Shown one piece after another: positions 1 through 9,936 of a stretch of 30,646 nt of DNA. This DNA is from Octopus sinensis. Its lineage: Eukaryota. The DNA is taken from contig NW_021832454.1 in assembly GCF_006345805.1 (NCBI RefSeq), forward strand, positions 1-30,646, written 5' to 3'. Every line of letters starts with the position of its first letter. The stretch's first letter is position 1. The notes beneath the pieces were generated by a model. That model searched no databases. It saw only the letters and a list, made by a program, of their open reading frames with translations, and was not told the DNA's origin. The position numbers and the translations under genes are program-made.

Positions 1-2
1 CT

Positions 3-38
3 TGTCCGATGAACGGCAACGGGAAACTCAGAGTAACA
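3..38 (+). ncRNA. Minimal type I hammerhead ribozyme motif (U4C core variant), Penelope pLTR-like
   Basis: Stem I TGT(3-5)/ACA(36-38); core CCGATGA (6-12); short stem II CG/CG closing a GCAA loop, with an A.G mismatch at its base; GAAA (23-26); stem III ACTC-A-GAGT; GUA triplet (33-35). AATAAA follows at 65-70. Folded by eye; the window edge limits stem I. Confidence 0.6.
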
Positions 39-215
39 TGTTTGTTGAATTTTCTGCTGCTTTAAATAAAGTATATATATATATATACACACACACAGAG
101 ACATGCATACATATATACACATATATATATATGTGTATATATATATATATATGAACGGCAACGAGAAACTCAGAGTAACAGATTTTGTTGAATTTTCTGC
201 TGCTTAAAATAAAGT
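9..215 (+). repeat. Direct repeat of about 65 bp (9-72 and 151-215) separated by TA/CA microsatellite; pLTR-like partial tandem
   Basis: ATGAACGGCAACG[G/A]GAAACTCAGAGTAACA...TTTGTTGAATTTTCTGCTGCTT[T/A]AAATAAAGTATA occurs twice. The second copy lacks the first bases of the hammerhead core. Confidence 0.9.
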
Positions 216-881
216 ATATATATATATATATAAGTTCAGCAAAGATTCAAATTAATATGGTACTTAAGTTGGATGCACCAGAATTCTGTATGGTGTTATC
301 CATATAAATCCATGGGGTGATATATATATATATATATACTAATATTTATATTAATATATTTTATATAAAACAGATACATGCCTACGCATATACAACCATA
401 AATATATGCGTTTGTGCCTATATGTACATATGCATATGTGTTGTGCATGTGCGGCGAGAAAGTGTTCTTGTGTATTTGGGTATATGCGTGATATATGTTT
501 ATATTCACAGAGAGAGGGGGAAGGAGAGAGGGTGTAGGCGTGAGAGAGAGTGAAAGAGAGAATGGGAAAGTAAAGTTTGAGGTGTATGGTTCTTTTAACT
601 AATGATTTATTGCATCCACATATATCTTCCTTTTCTCACTACAAGATAACATAGATTATGTCGAACACCTTCTGCCACTCGTTATACGGATCCGAGATCG
701 TCCCGCCGCCTTCCTTTGGTCGAAAACAACAGGCAGTGTTTATGTGCTTGGTGTTTCTAACAGCATGTACTTTTAACTTCACTAAGCTAGCAGACTGCGA
801 TCTGAGGAAGACTCGGATTCTGGTTCTAGCAACACTTGTGACAAAGTAAATCCGCCTTCTCAACCTGATGATCTTTATACT

Positions 882-944
882 GCTGCTGCCACGGCTGCGG
901 CGGCGGTGGCTGCTGCGGCGGTGGCTGCTGCTGCGGCGGCGGCT
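882..944. repeat. Imperfect (GCN)n trinucleotide tract; reads as poly-Ala on both strands
   Basis: GCTGCTGCCACGGCTGCGGCGGCGGTGGCT...GCGGCT. Confidence 0.9.
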
Positions 945-1113
945 GTTTCTGGTGATAGCGATGGTGGTGATGATGGTGGGTGGTGGTTGTTACCACCCAG
1001 ATCTGTTCTAATTGAGCAGGTATGTGACCAAATGCTTTGATGACTTTCCAGCAACGACATACTTGTCTTTTTCCTTGTCCTTTTTTTCTTGTCTTTTTAC
1101 CTATTTTTTTTAA

Positions 1114-1936
1114 AAACTAGTGGTCCCCGTCTAATCCCTTCTCCAAGCAAACCCGATTATCAATGTGCCCTTCTTTTCAGGGCTGTAGGTTTCGATATTT
1201 CTTGGCGGCGAATTGACAGAAGGGTGAACGCGCCAGATAAAATGCTTTACAGCATTTATTCCAGTTTCTTGCAACCTAAATTTATTTCCGTTCGAAATCA
1301 AACTTGCCTTCTACTTTTCCAGGGTCGATAACTACAGCCCCCTCTACCGCTGCAGACTGGCGAAATGTCTTGTAATATTTACTCTGCATCTTTGCGTTCC
1401 AAAATTCTTCAAAAACTTAACCCCACCGTAGCCATTACATGACCGAAATTCAAATCCCATTAGGCCATTGTGTTTACTCGGCTCTAAATATTCAAACTCG
1501 GGTTACGGTTTGAGAACAGCTTCCTCCCTGCTTTCAGTGGGTCTGGAGACCTTAAAAAGAATTATGGGCGCGGACCATCCCTCCTGGTAAAGCGATAAAT
1601 CCGATCTATCTTCTGCTTATATATTTCTCAAGGACATTAGCAAAAGTAAGCATATTTGAAAACTAAGTCTTATATTTATCTCAATAATGAGTTACAATTT
1701 TCTTATTTGATTGTTCGGCGCAGCCTATGGTCTTCGCAGGACTTCGGCCGGTGGTGAGATCGTCACTTTTTTATGGTTTTCTTGGACAACATGAGTAAGG
1801 AGGTGAATCTAGTGCGCTAACGTTCTGCGAAGAGAAAACGAAGTGTAATGGTTAATGAGATGGCTGTCGATAAAAAGAACAGAGGCTAGCAAGTCGGGTT
1901 TGCTTGGAGTAGGGATTACACGGGGACCACTAGTTT
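1114..1936. mobile_element. About 820-bp segment bounded by 43-bp inverted repeats; unclassified non-autonomous element or local inversion
   Basis: 1114-1156 AAACTAGTGGTCCCCGTCTAATCCCTTCTCCAAGCAAACCCGA matches the reverse complement of 1894-1936 at 41/43 positions. No TSD or transposase ORF seen. Confidence 0.55.
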
Positions 1937-2185
1937 CAAAAAATAGATGCCAGTGTAATACAGCTGAAGAACAGTGTAGTACAAGTAGAAGATGAGGAAG
2001 CAGGAACTTTTGTTGTTGAGGCTTTATATTCCAACGTTGAGTGACCGTTTCGGATGCAAATCTTTTGTCTTACAATGCAGTAGCAACGCGTTTCATATCT
2101 CGGAAGCCTTACTTGCGCCGAATCAAAGGAAAACCTACATGTAAACAGTTGTTAATATAGCTTACCGCTCCTGTTATCCCAGCCA

Positions 2186-2220
2186 TTGCTGCTGTTGCTG
2201 CTGTTGCTGTTGCTGCTGCT
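2186..2220. repeat. (GCT/GTT)n trinucleotide tract
   Basis: TTGCTGCTGTTGCTGCTGTTGCTGTTGCTGCTGCT. Confidence 0.85.
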
Positions 2221-2534
2221 ACAGTTTTCCAGATGCTTATCGTTTAATTTACGGACTTCGCCGCAGCTGACCTTAAACCTGTTTATATTCGTAATCCTAT
2301 TCCTATTTCCTGTTGACTCTGAAAGAAACCTCGCAGCAACGGTGGATATCAAACGAGTCAGCAATGGTATTTAATGGGTTCTAACAAAGTTATTATCATT
2401 AACATGCAATTATTTGTAAGTCTTGAAGAACCGCCATTACTTTCAAATGAAAGTGAATGAGTAAACAAGAGAATCACAGCACTGTCGAATAACCTGCAAG
2501 AAATAGCCGTGAAATCTGCCTAGAATCTCATAAC

Positions 2535-2851
2535 CACCTTGGCCAAGTGTCTTCTACTATAGCTTCAGGGTGACCAAAGCCTTGTGAGTGGATTTCGCAA
2601 ATGGAAACTGAAAGAAGCCCGTCGTATATATATATATATATCTGTGTGTGTGTGTGTGTGTGTGTGTGAGTTATTACCGCTTGACACCCGTTCTTGGTGT
2701 TTACGTCCCTGTAACTTAGCGATTCGGCAAAAGACAACGATAGAATAAGTACCAGGCTGGTGTTGATTCATTCGACTAACAATTCTTCAAGGTGGCGCTC
2801 CAGCATAGCCACAGTTTAATCACTGAAATGAGTAAAAAATAAAAGATAAAA
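2535..2851 (+). mobile_element. SINE family A (octopus tRNA-derived, head-microsatellite-tail), 5'-truncated
   Basis: CACCTTGGCCAAGTGTCTTC...GAAACTGAAAGAAGCCCGTCG, then (TA)/(TG)n, then a tail with GATAGAATAAGTACC...CTCCAGCATAGCCACAG. Confidence 0.85.
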
Positions 2852-3025
2852 GGCGCAGGAGTGGATGTGTGGTAAGTAGCTTGTCTACCAACCACATGGT
2901 TCCGGGTTCAGTCCCACTGCGTGACACCTTGGGCAAGTGTCTTCTACTATAGCTTCGGGTCGACCAAAGCCTTGTGAGTGGGTTTGGTAGATGGAAACTG
3001 AAAGAAGCCCGTCGTATATATGTAT

Positions 3026-3058
<33 letters not shown>

Positions 3059-3282
3059 GCATGTGTGTTTTGTTGTGTCTGTGTTTGAACCCATAGCATT
3101 GCTTGACAACCGATGCTGTTGGTGTTATGTACCCGTTACTTAGCGGTTCGGCAAAAAGAGACCGATAGAATAAGTACTGGGCTTACAAAAGAATAAGTCC
3201 CGGGATCGAGTTGCTCGTTAAAGGCGGTGCTCTAGCATGGCCGCAGTCAAATGACTGAAACAAGTGAAAGAGTAAAAAAGAG
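2852..3282 (+). mobile_element. SINE family A, full length
   Basis: GGCGCAGGAG start; A-box-like TGGATGTGTGG; B-box-like GGGTTCAGTCCC; internal microsatellite; tail ending GCAGTCAAATGACTGAAACAAG plus an A-rich end. Confidence 0.92.
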
Positions 3283-3643
3283 TATCTATTTTTTTAAATG
3301 TATGACAATGAATAATGTAGCTTTAAATGCAAATATTGTGTCTGCAAAGAAAGGCCGAACGGTTATGGTTAGTACACCATGGTACACAATAGGTTTGTTT
3401 GTTCGGAGTTGGTCTGGATTTTAACTACAAGCTAGAGTGAAAATGTGAAGTGAACACCGTTGCTGATATTACTATGGTTCAATTGAAATGATTTGAAATT
3501 ACTGGTTGATATGTTGTAAGAAATGTCGAATGAAAGAACGGGATTAGATCATTGGAAGACTGAACGGATTTAAGAATAAAAGATTGAAGAGAATTTCTTT
3601 TTTATAGAATTAGAATAACGAAGAAAAGATACATAAATGGAGT

Positions 3644-3645
<2 letters not shown>

Positions 3646-3701
<56 letters not shown>

Positions 3702-3786
3702 AGATAGAAGGTAGATAGGTAGGTAGTAGATAGATAGATAGATAGATAGACAGACAACAGACAGACAGACAGACAGATAGCTAGAT

Positions 3787-3817
<31 letters not shown>

Positions 3818-3849
3818 TAGATAGATAGATAGATAGACTAGGTAGGTAG

Positions 3850-3881
<32 letters not shown>

Positions 3882-3940
3882 CAGGGACAGACAGCCAGAC
3901 AGACAGACAGACAGACAGACAAACAAACAGACAGACAGAC

Positions 3941-4022
<82 letters not shown>

Positions 4023-4045
4023 GTAGGTAGATAGATAGATAGATT
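3646..4045 (+). repeat. Compound (GATA)n/(GACA)n/(GGTA)n microsatellite
   Basis: Direct reading. Confidence 0.97.
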
Positions 4046-4856
4046 GATTAAGCGAAAAAAATGAACTATAGGAACTGTATTAAATATTTTAAAGAATAAG
4101 CAAAGACGTAGGAAGAATAATGGCAAGTCGGGAAAATTCTTGAAAATAATCACAAGCGTAACTTTCAAAGAATAAAACAAAACAATATATTTTAATATAC
4201 TAGAGGGTGAATGCGACGGTAGAGGGGATGAGAGAGAGAGAGAGAAAAAAGACATGATGAGTTTAGTTTTGTATTTGACCATAAGGAGAGAAGAAAATCG
4301 ATATAATTCTGTCAAACGAGACATCTGTCATTGTGATCTCTGTATCTATGCTTCAGGATGTTGTTTGTTTTGGGCACCTAGAACTGACAGCCAATAAACA
4401 TAGCTTAATACATTGCAAACATTTTTAATGAAGAACTGCGAAGTTATACAAGGAGTTGATATTGTCTAATATTCCAACAAGGGGATGGAATTGTCGCTGC
4501 CATCATTGTTGAAGACGATGCTAATGATGTTCTTGTTATTATCTAACCTCAGCTTAATTCTTGACTAAGCAGCCTTATGACTAAAGGCATTCCAGTTCGA
4601 TTTTGTAAGGCCTGTCAAGAACCAGTTAATATAATGCATTGTTTCCTTATTTAAAGAAAAAATAATTAAGTGTGATTTGGGGGAGATTTAATTGCTATTT
4701 TAGGAGGAAGAGTGACTTTGTACACTCTATCTCATTGGTTGTTATAGTTGCTTTGAAGATGTTGTTGTGGTTGTTGTTGATAATGACGATGATGATGTTA
4801 CTGTTGTTACTGCTCTCCTTTTGAACAGTATTTATATATTCATCATATATATATAA

Positions 4857-5171
4857 GGATAGGAGCACTCCGTCGGTTACGACGACGAGGATCCCAGCTG
4901 ATAGGATCATTGGAACAGCTTGCTCGTGAAATTAACGTGCAAGTGGATGAGCACTCCACAGATACATGTACCCCTAACGTAGTTCTCAGGGAGATTCAGA
5001 ATGACAAGTCTGGCCCTTTGAAATACAGGTACTACTCATTTTTGCCAGCTGAGTAGACTGGAGCAACGTAGAATAAAGTATCTTGCTCAAGGACATAACG
5101 CGCCGCCGGGAATTGAACTTACGACCTTACAATCCTGAGCCAAATGCCCAAACCACAAATACACGCGCCTT
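4857..5171 (-). mobile_element. SINE family B (tRNA-like head, central GTCCTTGAGCAAG-type domain)
   Basis: Minus strand AAGGCGCGTG...GTGGTT...GTAAGTTCAATTCCCGG (B-box-like)...TATGTCCTTGAGCAAGATACTTT...CTCCAGTCTACTCAGCTGGCAAAAATGAGTAG. The central motif resembles CORE/Meta/V-type SINE domains (inference). Confidence 0.8.
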
Positions 5172-5235
5172 CACCATATATAAGGATATGTATATATAAT
5201 ATATATGTATATATATATATTATATATATATATAT

Positions 5236-5287
<52 letters not shown>

Positions 5288-5306
5288 ATATATCTATGTA
5301 TATATA

Positions 5307-5350
<44 letters not shown>

Positions 5351-5351
<1 letters not shown>

Positions 5352-5608
5352 AAACAATTGCAGCGTGGAAAGGTGTTTTAAGCCATTTAAGAAACATACA
5401 AAACTGTTAGATTCACTTCAACATTTAAATTTAATTTGTCAAAATATTTTCGTCGTTTTGAGACCGCAACCTGTTCACTGACAAAGCTTCGTGAGTCTAA
5501 CGGTTTTGTGTGTTTCTTAAATGGCCTATAAACACCTTCCACGCTGCAATTGTTTTCGTTCCAGCACACGATCTCAGATCAAGTCACTCGCTATGCAAGT
5601 ACATCTCC
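5351..5608. mobile_element. Fold-back element copy 1: inverted arms 5351-5416 and 5491-5556 around a hammerhead; Penelope inverted-pLTR-like
   Basis: Arms of about 66 bp, roughly 90% complementary by eye. A second family member lies at 6041-6286. Confidence 0.8.
5436..5484 (-). ncRNA. Minimal type I hammerhead ribozyme, G3-C8 swapped core
   Basis: Minus strand TTGTCA-GTGAACA-G-GTTGC(GGTCTCAAA)ACGAC-GAA-AATATT-T-TGACAA: 6-bp stem I, palindromic stem III, UUU triplet. Confidence 0.7.
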
Positions 5609-6040
5609 GTAATATATATATATATAACGGTACGCATACGTATATATTTGCATTCACTTACCACTTACCTGTATGCATATATGCAAATGTATATGTGTAG
5701 GTGCATTCCTTGGCATGTAATTCACAACATATGCATGGATATATGATTGTGTGTCTATATGTGTGAGAGAGAGAAGGGGGCAATATGTGTATGTACATGT
5801 ATAAGCATGTTTATATGTGTGTGTGTGCGTTTGTTCGTATGTATTTGTATAAATATAGAACGTGTACACATATACGTGCACGACTGTGTATAAGTGTACG
5901 TGTATTTTAATGTAGTGTGTCAGAGTATTAAACACTACATACAATCAATTATATAAACATATGCACAACTGCTATATATATGTATACTGAAATATATATA
6001 TATATATATAATATATTATATATATATATATATAATATAA

Positions 6041-6286
6041 GCAAATGGCAGCAGGGGAAGGGGTGTTTATAAACCATTTAAGAATCCGTTAGATTAACTT
6101 CAACATTTAAATATAATTTGCCAAAATACTTTCGTCGCTTTGAGACCGCAACCTGTTCACTGACAAAATGTTGAAGTAAATCTAACGGATTTTCTTAAAT
6201 GGCTTATAAACACCTTCCACGCTGCAATTGCTTTCGTTCCATCACACGATCTCAGATCAGGTCACTTGCTATGCAAGTACATCTCC
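6041..6286. mobile_element. Fold-back element copy 2: arms about 6039-6108 and 6166-6234 around a hammerhead
   Basis: Homologous to 5351-5608, including the 3' part TTCGTTCCA...GATCTCAGATCA[A/G]GTCACT...ATGCAAGTACATCTCC. Confidence 0.8.
6118..6166 (-). ncRNA. Minimal type I hammerhead ribozyme, G3-C8 swapped core (second copy)
   Basis: Minus strand TTGTCA-GTGAACA-G-GTTGC(GGTCTCAAA)GCGAC-GAA-AGTATT-T-TGGCAA. Differences from copy 1 give G.U wobbles or restore a stem II pair. Confidence 0.7.
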
Positions 6287-6293
6287 CCAATAA

Positions 6294-6336
<43 letters not shown>

Positions 6337-6857
6337 GTATAATCACTTGAAGTAGAAGGAAAGAAAAGAAATTGAATGAGTGGGAGGAGAGAAAATATGA
6401 CATATACACAAATAGTAACATGCTACTAAAGCGTACATACATATTTATGTAATTATATCACATGTGATTATGACGTAAGAATAGAATCGGAAGCTTTTTC
6501 GACTTCACTTTTGATGTCTTCGATATTCAAACTGCAAAGAGAATCTGATTTGAACCAAACAAGCACACCAACACATGTATATACATAAATGCACACACAG
6601 ACGTATAAACACATTCATATACACATTCATAATACTCACACACACACAAACCTCTAAAAATTGGTGAGTACAATTTTCTTATTTTCCTGTTAGTTTGGCA
6701 TTTTTATTTAGAGACTCATTTTTATTAGCAATTTTCTTCACGTACATTTTTCAACAATAGCTCGTCATCATTGTTGGCTAGGGTGCTCTACCACATAATT
6801 GAAAACAATAGAGAATAATAGAAAATAGTTAATAGGTCAAAAATTATCTAATGATTG

Positions 6858-7324
6858 AAGGATGATATTCAGTTAACTGACAATGCTATGAAATATAAAT
6901 TAATGAATATATAATACTGTGGATTACGACATATATGTCAGTGAAGAAAAGTAATATTAAAAATTGGAAAGCTACCTAGGTAAAAAGTTTTTTAAACTGT
7001 ACGTCCTGGAGATCCTGTACATGCAAAATTAACAGCATTCAGAATATATCTATCTTCATAAGGCGAGCAATTGCAAATACGATTTCCATGGTTTCTTTGG
7101 CGCAGAGGTTGCATTGTACAGATTTCTAGGCTTTCTGTGGTGCAGAGATTGCAGTGTGTTTGTATTGATTTGTCATGTTACATTCAATTTCCTACACATG
7201 TTTCGAACATCCCAAACCACAACATCGACATTTACATCTTTATCTTCATCTACAGAACTATAAAGACTTACCACCAACCTATTACAGCCACCTTCATTCC
7301 TCCTCTTAACTGAATATCATCCTT
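6858..7324 (-). pseudogene. Penelope-like element remnant: decayed GIY-YIG endonuclease C-terminal region, bounded by a 19-bp inverted repeat
   Basis: Minus strand SLYSSVDEDKDVNVDVVVWDVRNMCRKLNVT (about 7176-7268), then CNLCTTESLEI (7121-7153) and CNLCAKETMEI (7081-7113), resembling the PLE LKD...W...CNLCxxE motif. Perfect IR at 6858-6876 and 7306-7324. Confidence 0.55.
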
Positions 7325-7338
7325 ATATAATATATATA

Positions 7339-7653
7339 CTCTTTTACTTGTTTCAGTCATTTGACTGCGGCCATGCTGGAGCACCGCCTTTAATCGAGCA
7401 ACTCGACCCCGGGACTTATTCTTTTGTAAGCCCAGTACTTATTCTATCGGTCTCCTTTGTCGAACCGCTAAGTAACGGGGACATAAACACACCAGCATCG
7501 GGCTTCTTTCAGTTTCCGTCTACCAAATCCACTCACAAAGCTTTGGTCGGCCCGAGGCTATAGTAGAAGACACTTGCCCAAGGTGTCACACAGTGGGACT
7601 GAAACCGGAACCATGTGGTTGGTAAACAAGCTACTTACCACACAGCCACTCCT
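7339..7653 (-). mobile_element. SINE family A lacking the internal microsatellite spacer
   Basis: Head and tail are joined directly at 7499-7501 (CAGCATCGGGCTTC). Confidence 0.92.
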
Positions 7654-7881
7654 ACATATAGTATATGTGGTGTGTGTGTGTATGTATGCATGTATGTATA
7701 CACACATATATATATATACATATATGTACATATATCACAGGATAGCTGACCCCTATGGGGTACATCTTTTCTCTTGTCAGTCCCAAATAACGATATCCGG
7801 TCTGTTACGCTTACACATGACAGATGTTTTGATGGGAATGTTCCACCAGTATTCTTTGTATGCATGTATGTATGTGTGTAT

Positions 7882-8290
7882 GGCGCAGGAGTGGCTGTGT
7901 GGTAAGTAGCTTGTTTACCAACCACATGGTTCCGGGTTCAGTCCCACTGCGTGGCATCTTGGGCAAGTGTCTTCTGCTATAGCCTCGGGCCGACCAATGC
8001 CTTGTGAGTAGATTTGGTAGACGAAAACTGAAAGAAGCCCGTCGTATATATGTATATATATGTATGTGCGTGTATGTTTGTGTGTCTGTGTTTGTCCCCC
8101 TAGCATTGCTTGACAACCGATGCTGGTGTGTTTATGTCCCCGTCACTTAGCGGTTCGGCAAAAGAGACCGATAGAATAAGTACTGGACTTACAAAGAATA
8201 AGTCCCGGGGTCGAGTTGCTCGATTAAAGGCGGTGCTCCAGGATGGCCGCAGTCAAATGACTGAAACAAGTAAAAAGAGAAAAAGAGAAA
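7882..8290 (+). mobile_element. SINE family A, full length
   Basis: GGCGCAGGAGTGGCTGTGTGG (A box)...GGGTTCAGTCCC (B box)...microsatellite...tail. Confidence 0.93.
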
Positions 8291-8652
8291 AGAGATGTAA
8301 ATTTAGCAAAGATCTGTTTTATGGTGCAACGCATATGTATGTAACGTCACATTCTATTATTTGTCAAAAGAAATTCATTAAAACAGACGTGCACGTGCAC
8401 ACACACACGCACACACAAACACACACACGTACATATATAAATCCTGAAATCCTTTAAAATGTTTCAGCCCGAAAGCCGCGGCCATACTGGGGCACCACCG
8501 TTGAATGAGCTATACTAGTATGTGAAACCATCTCTGATACGTGGCACTTGGTCAACAAGGGAGTTCGACGCCGCTACCCGCATGTATGTTTCCTGCCGAG
8601 AGGTAGGTTCATCTAGAACCCCTGACAAGAAGAGATCCAGTTTAGTTTTCTT

Positions 8653-9395
8653 TATTTATGTTAAGGGCATTACTATACATAAATGCCTCACACTAAAGTC
8701 AAAACTACCATAATAAATACATTGTAGCGAACTCGAGGGAATGCAACTCTCGAAGCGAGCTTCTTAAAAACAGATTCAGCCGCAGATCATATGATTTCAT
8801 AATTAGTGCACAAAATGCACTTTTTAATCGTCAGTGCAGGGATAATCAACACATAAAAATGAACAAAAACAATCAACATACCAGACGAACATCAAAATGT
8901 ATCCAGCATAGTATATAGAATTGTTCACACTTATATTTCTATGTAAGAGGCGGGCTTTTCGAATTGCATCTCGGTACACGAGTTTATTCAGAATAAATTC
9001 GGCACTGAATATATTCCGGTTAAATTTACAATTTAAAAATAGGATAAAATCTTTATAATAATTTATCAAGTAGTCAACGTGAAAAACCTCATAAGGAATT
9101 TTTTTAAATTAAAATGTGCATTTTGTGCACTAATTATGAAATCATATACTCTGCGGCTGAATCTGTTTTCAAGGAGCTCGCTTCGAGAGTTGCATTCCTT
9201 AACGTTCGGTACAATGTATTAATTTTGGTAGTTTGACTTTAAGAGTCCCTCATGGCGTGAGGCATTTATATATTATAATGCCCTTAATATGAATAAATAT
9301 ATTTAAAGGGAATAATTAAAATGTTTTCCCTTATGAGGTTTTTCACGCTAACTCCTTGATAAATTCTTATTAAGATTTTATCCTATTTTTAAATT
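8653..9395. repeat. Interleaved inverted repeats A(8653-8828), B(9030-9096), A'(9108-9298), B'(9329-9395)
   Basis: A' is the reverse complement of A, with a small indel. B' is the reverse complement of B (AATTTAAAAATAGGATAAAATCTT...GTGAAAAACCTCATAAGG). Confidence 0.9.
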
Positions 9396-9398
9396 ATA

Positions 9399-9439
<41 letters not shown>

Positions 9440-9849
9440 TTATGTAGGTAATGTGAAATCCAAGCCGTCTCCTCTTGAAGCACACCAGCTTATTTGAGTA
9501 TTACAACCAAGTGTATAGGTGTCATTGTTGCATTGTTGTAAGGTTGAAAGTCCTGGAGATATTGCTTGCAGCGTTAGTTTATAACAAGATAGGAAGTTGT
9601 AAAATTCTTTTGTATTAATCATTCACCATTACACATGTTTCACATGCTAGTAGGAATTACAAAGTTTTACATATTAGATAACTATGTAAGAAATTCCCAA
9701 TTAGAAATTCTTCAGAGACAGAATTAAATAATGCAAATTTTATATCTGGATGAAGCGTTTATATTTAGTTAGTAATCAAGAGTAGTAAAGAAGGTTGAGG
9801 GGGAGGAAGATAGTGAAAATCAAACAGTAAAGAAAAAGGAGTTATATAC

Positions 9850-9890
9850 GCACATACATATATACACATATATTTATATATGTGTATGTG

Positions 9891-9936
<46 letters not shown>

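Noticed and set aside
2043-2110. Two GAAAC-palindrome-NUH motifs on the minus strand (GAAACGCGTT, GAAACGGTC)
   Set aside because: No CUGANGA-type core or stem I can be placed upstream; at most heavily decayed hammerheads
2152-2374. Signal-peptide-like poly-Leu ORF (+) and Ser/Asn-rich ORF (-)
   Set aside because: Both start at TTG, depend on a (GCT)n tract, lack convincing splice sites and have no recognisable domain
2852-2925. tRNA gene calls for the SINE heads
   Set aside because: A and B boxes are present, but no full cloverleaf or T-run terminator, and each head continues into a SINE body
3570-4324. Long ORFs (118 and 240 aa) rich in LSIY/LSVC
   Set aside because: Read-through of GATA/GACA microsatellites. 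The same applies to the YI, CV, HT and MYVC ORFs at 5119-5410, 9765-10391, 13871-14269, 26726-27142, 28291-28648 and 28983-29267.
8585-8620. TAGATGA...GGCAGGAAAC hammerhead-like stretch on the minus strand
   Set aside because: Core is deviant, and stems I and III do not pair; kept only as context for the 8653-9395 structure
9440-9622. 60-aa minus-strand ORF with a CTAAC branch-like motif
   Set aside because: The branch motif is too close to the AG, there is no donor site, and no family is recognisable
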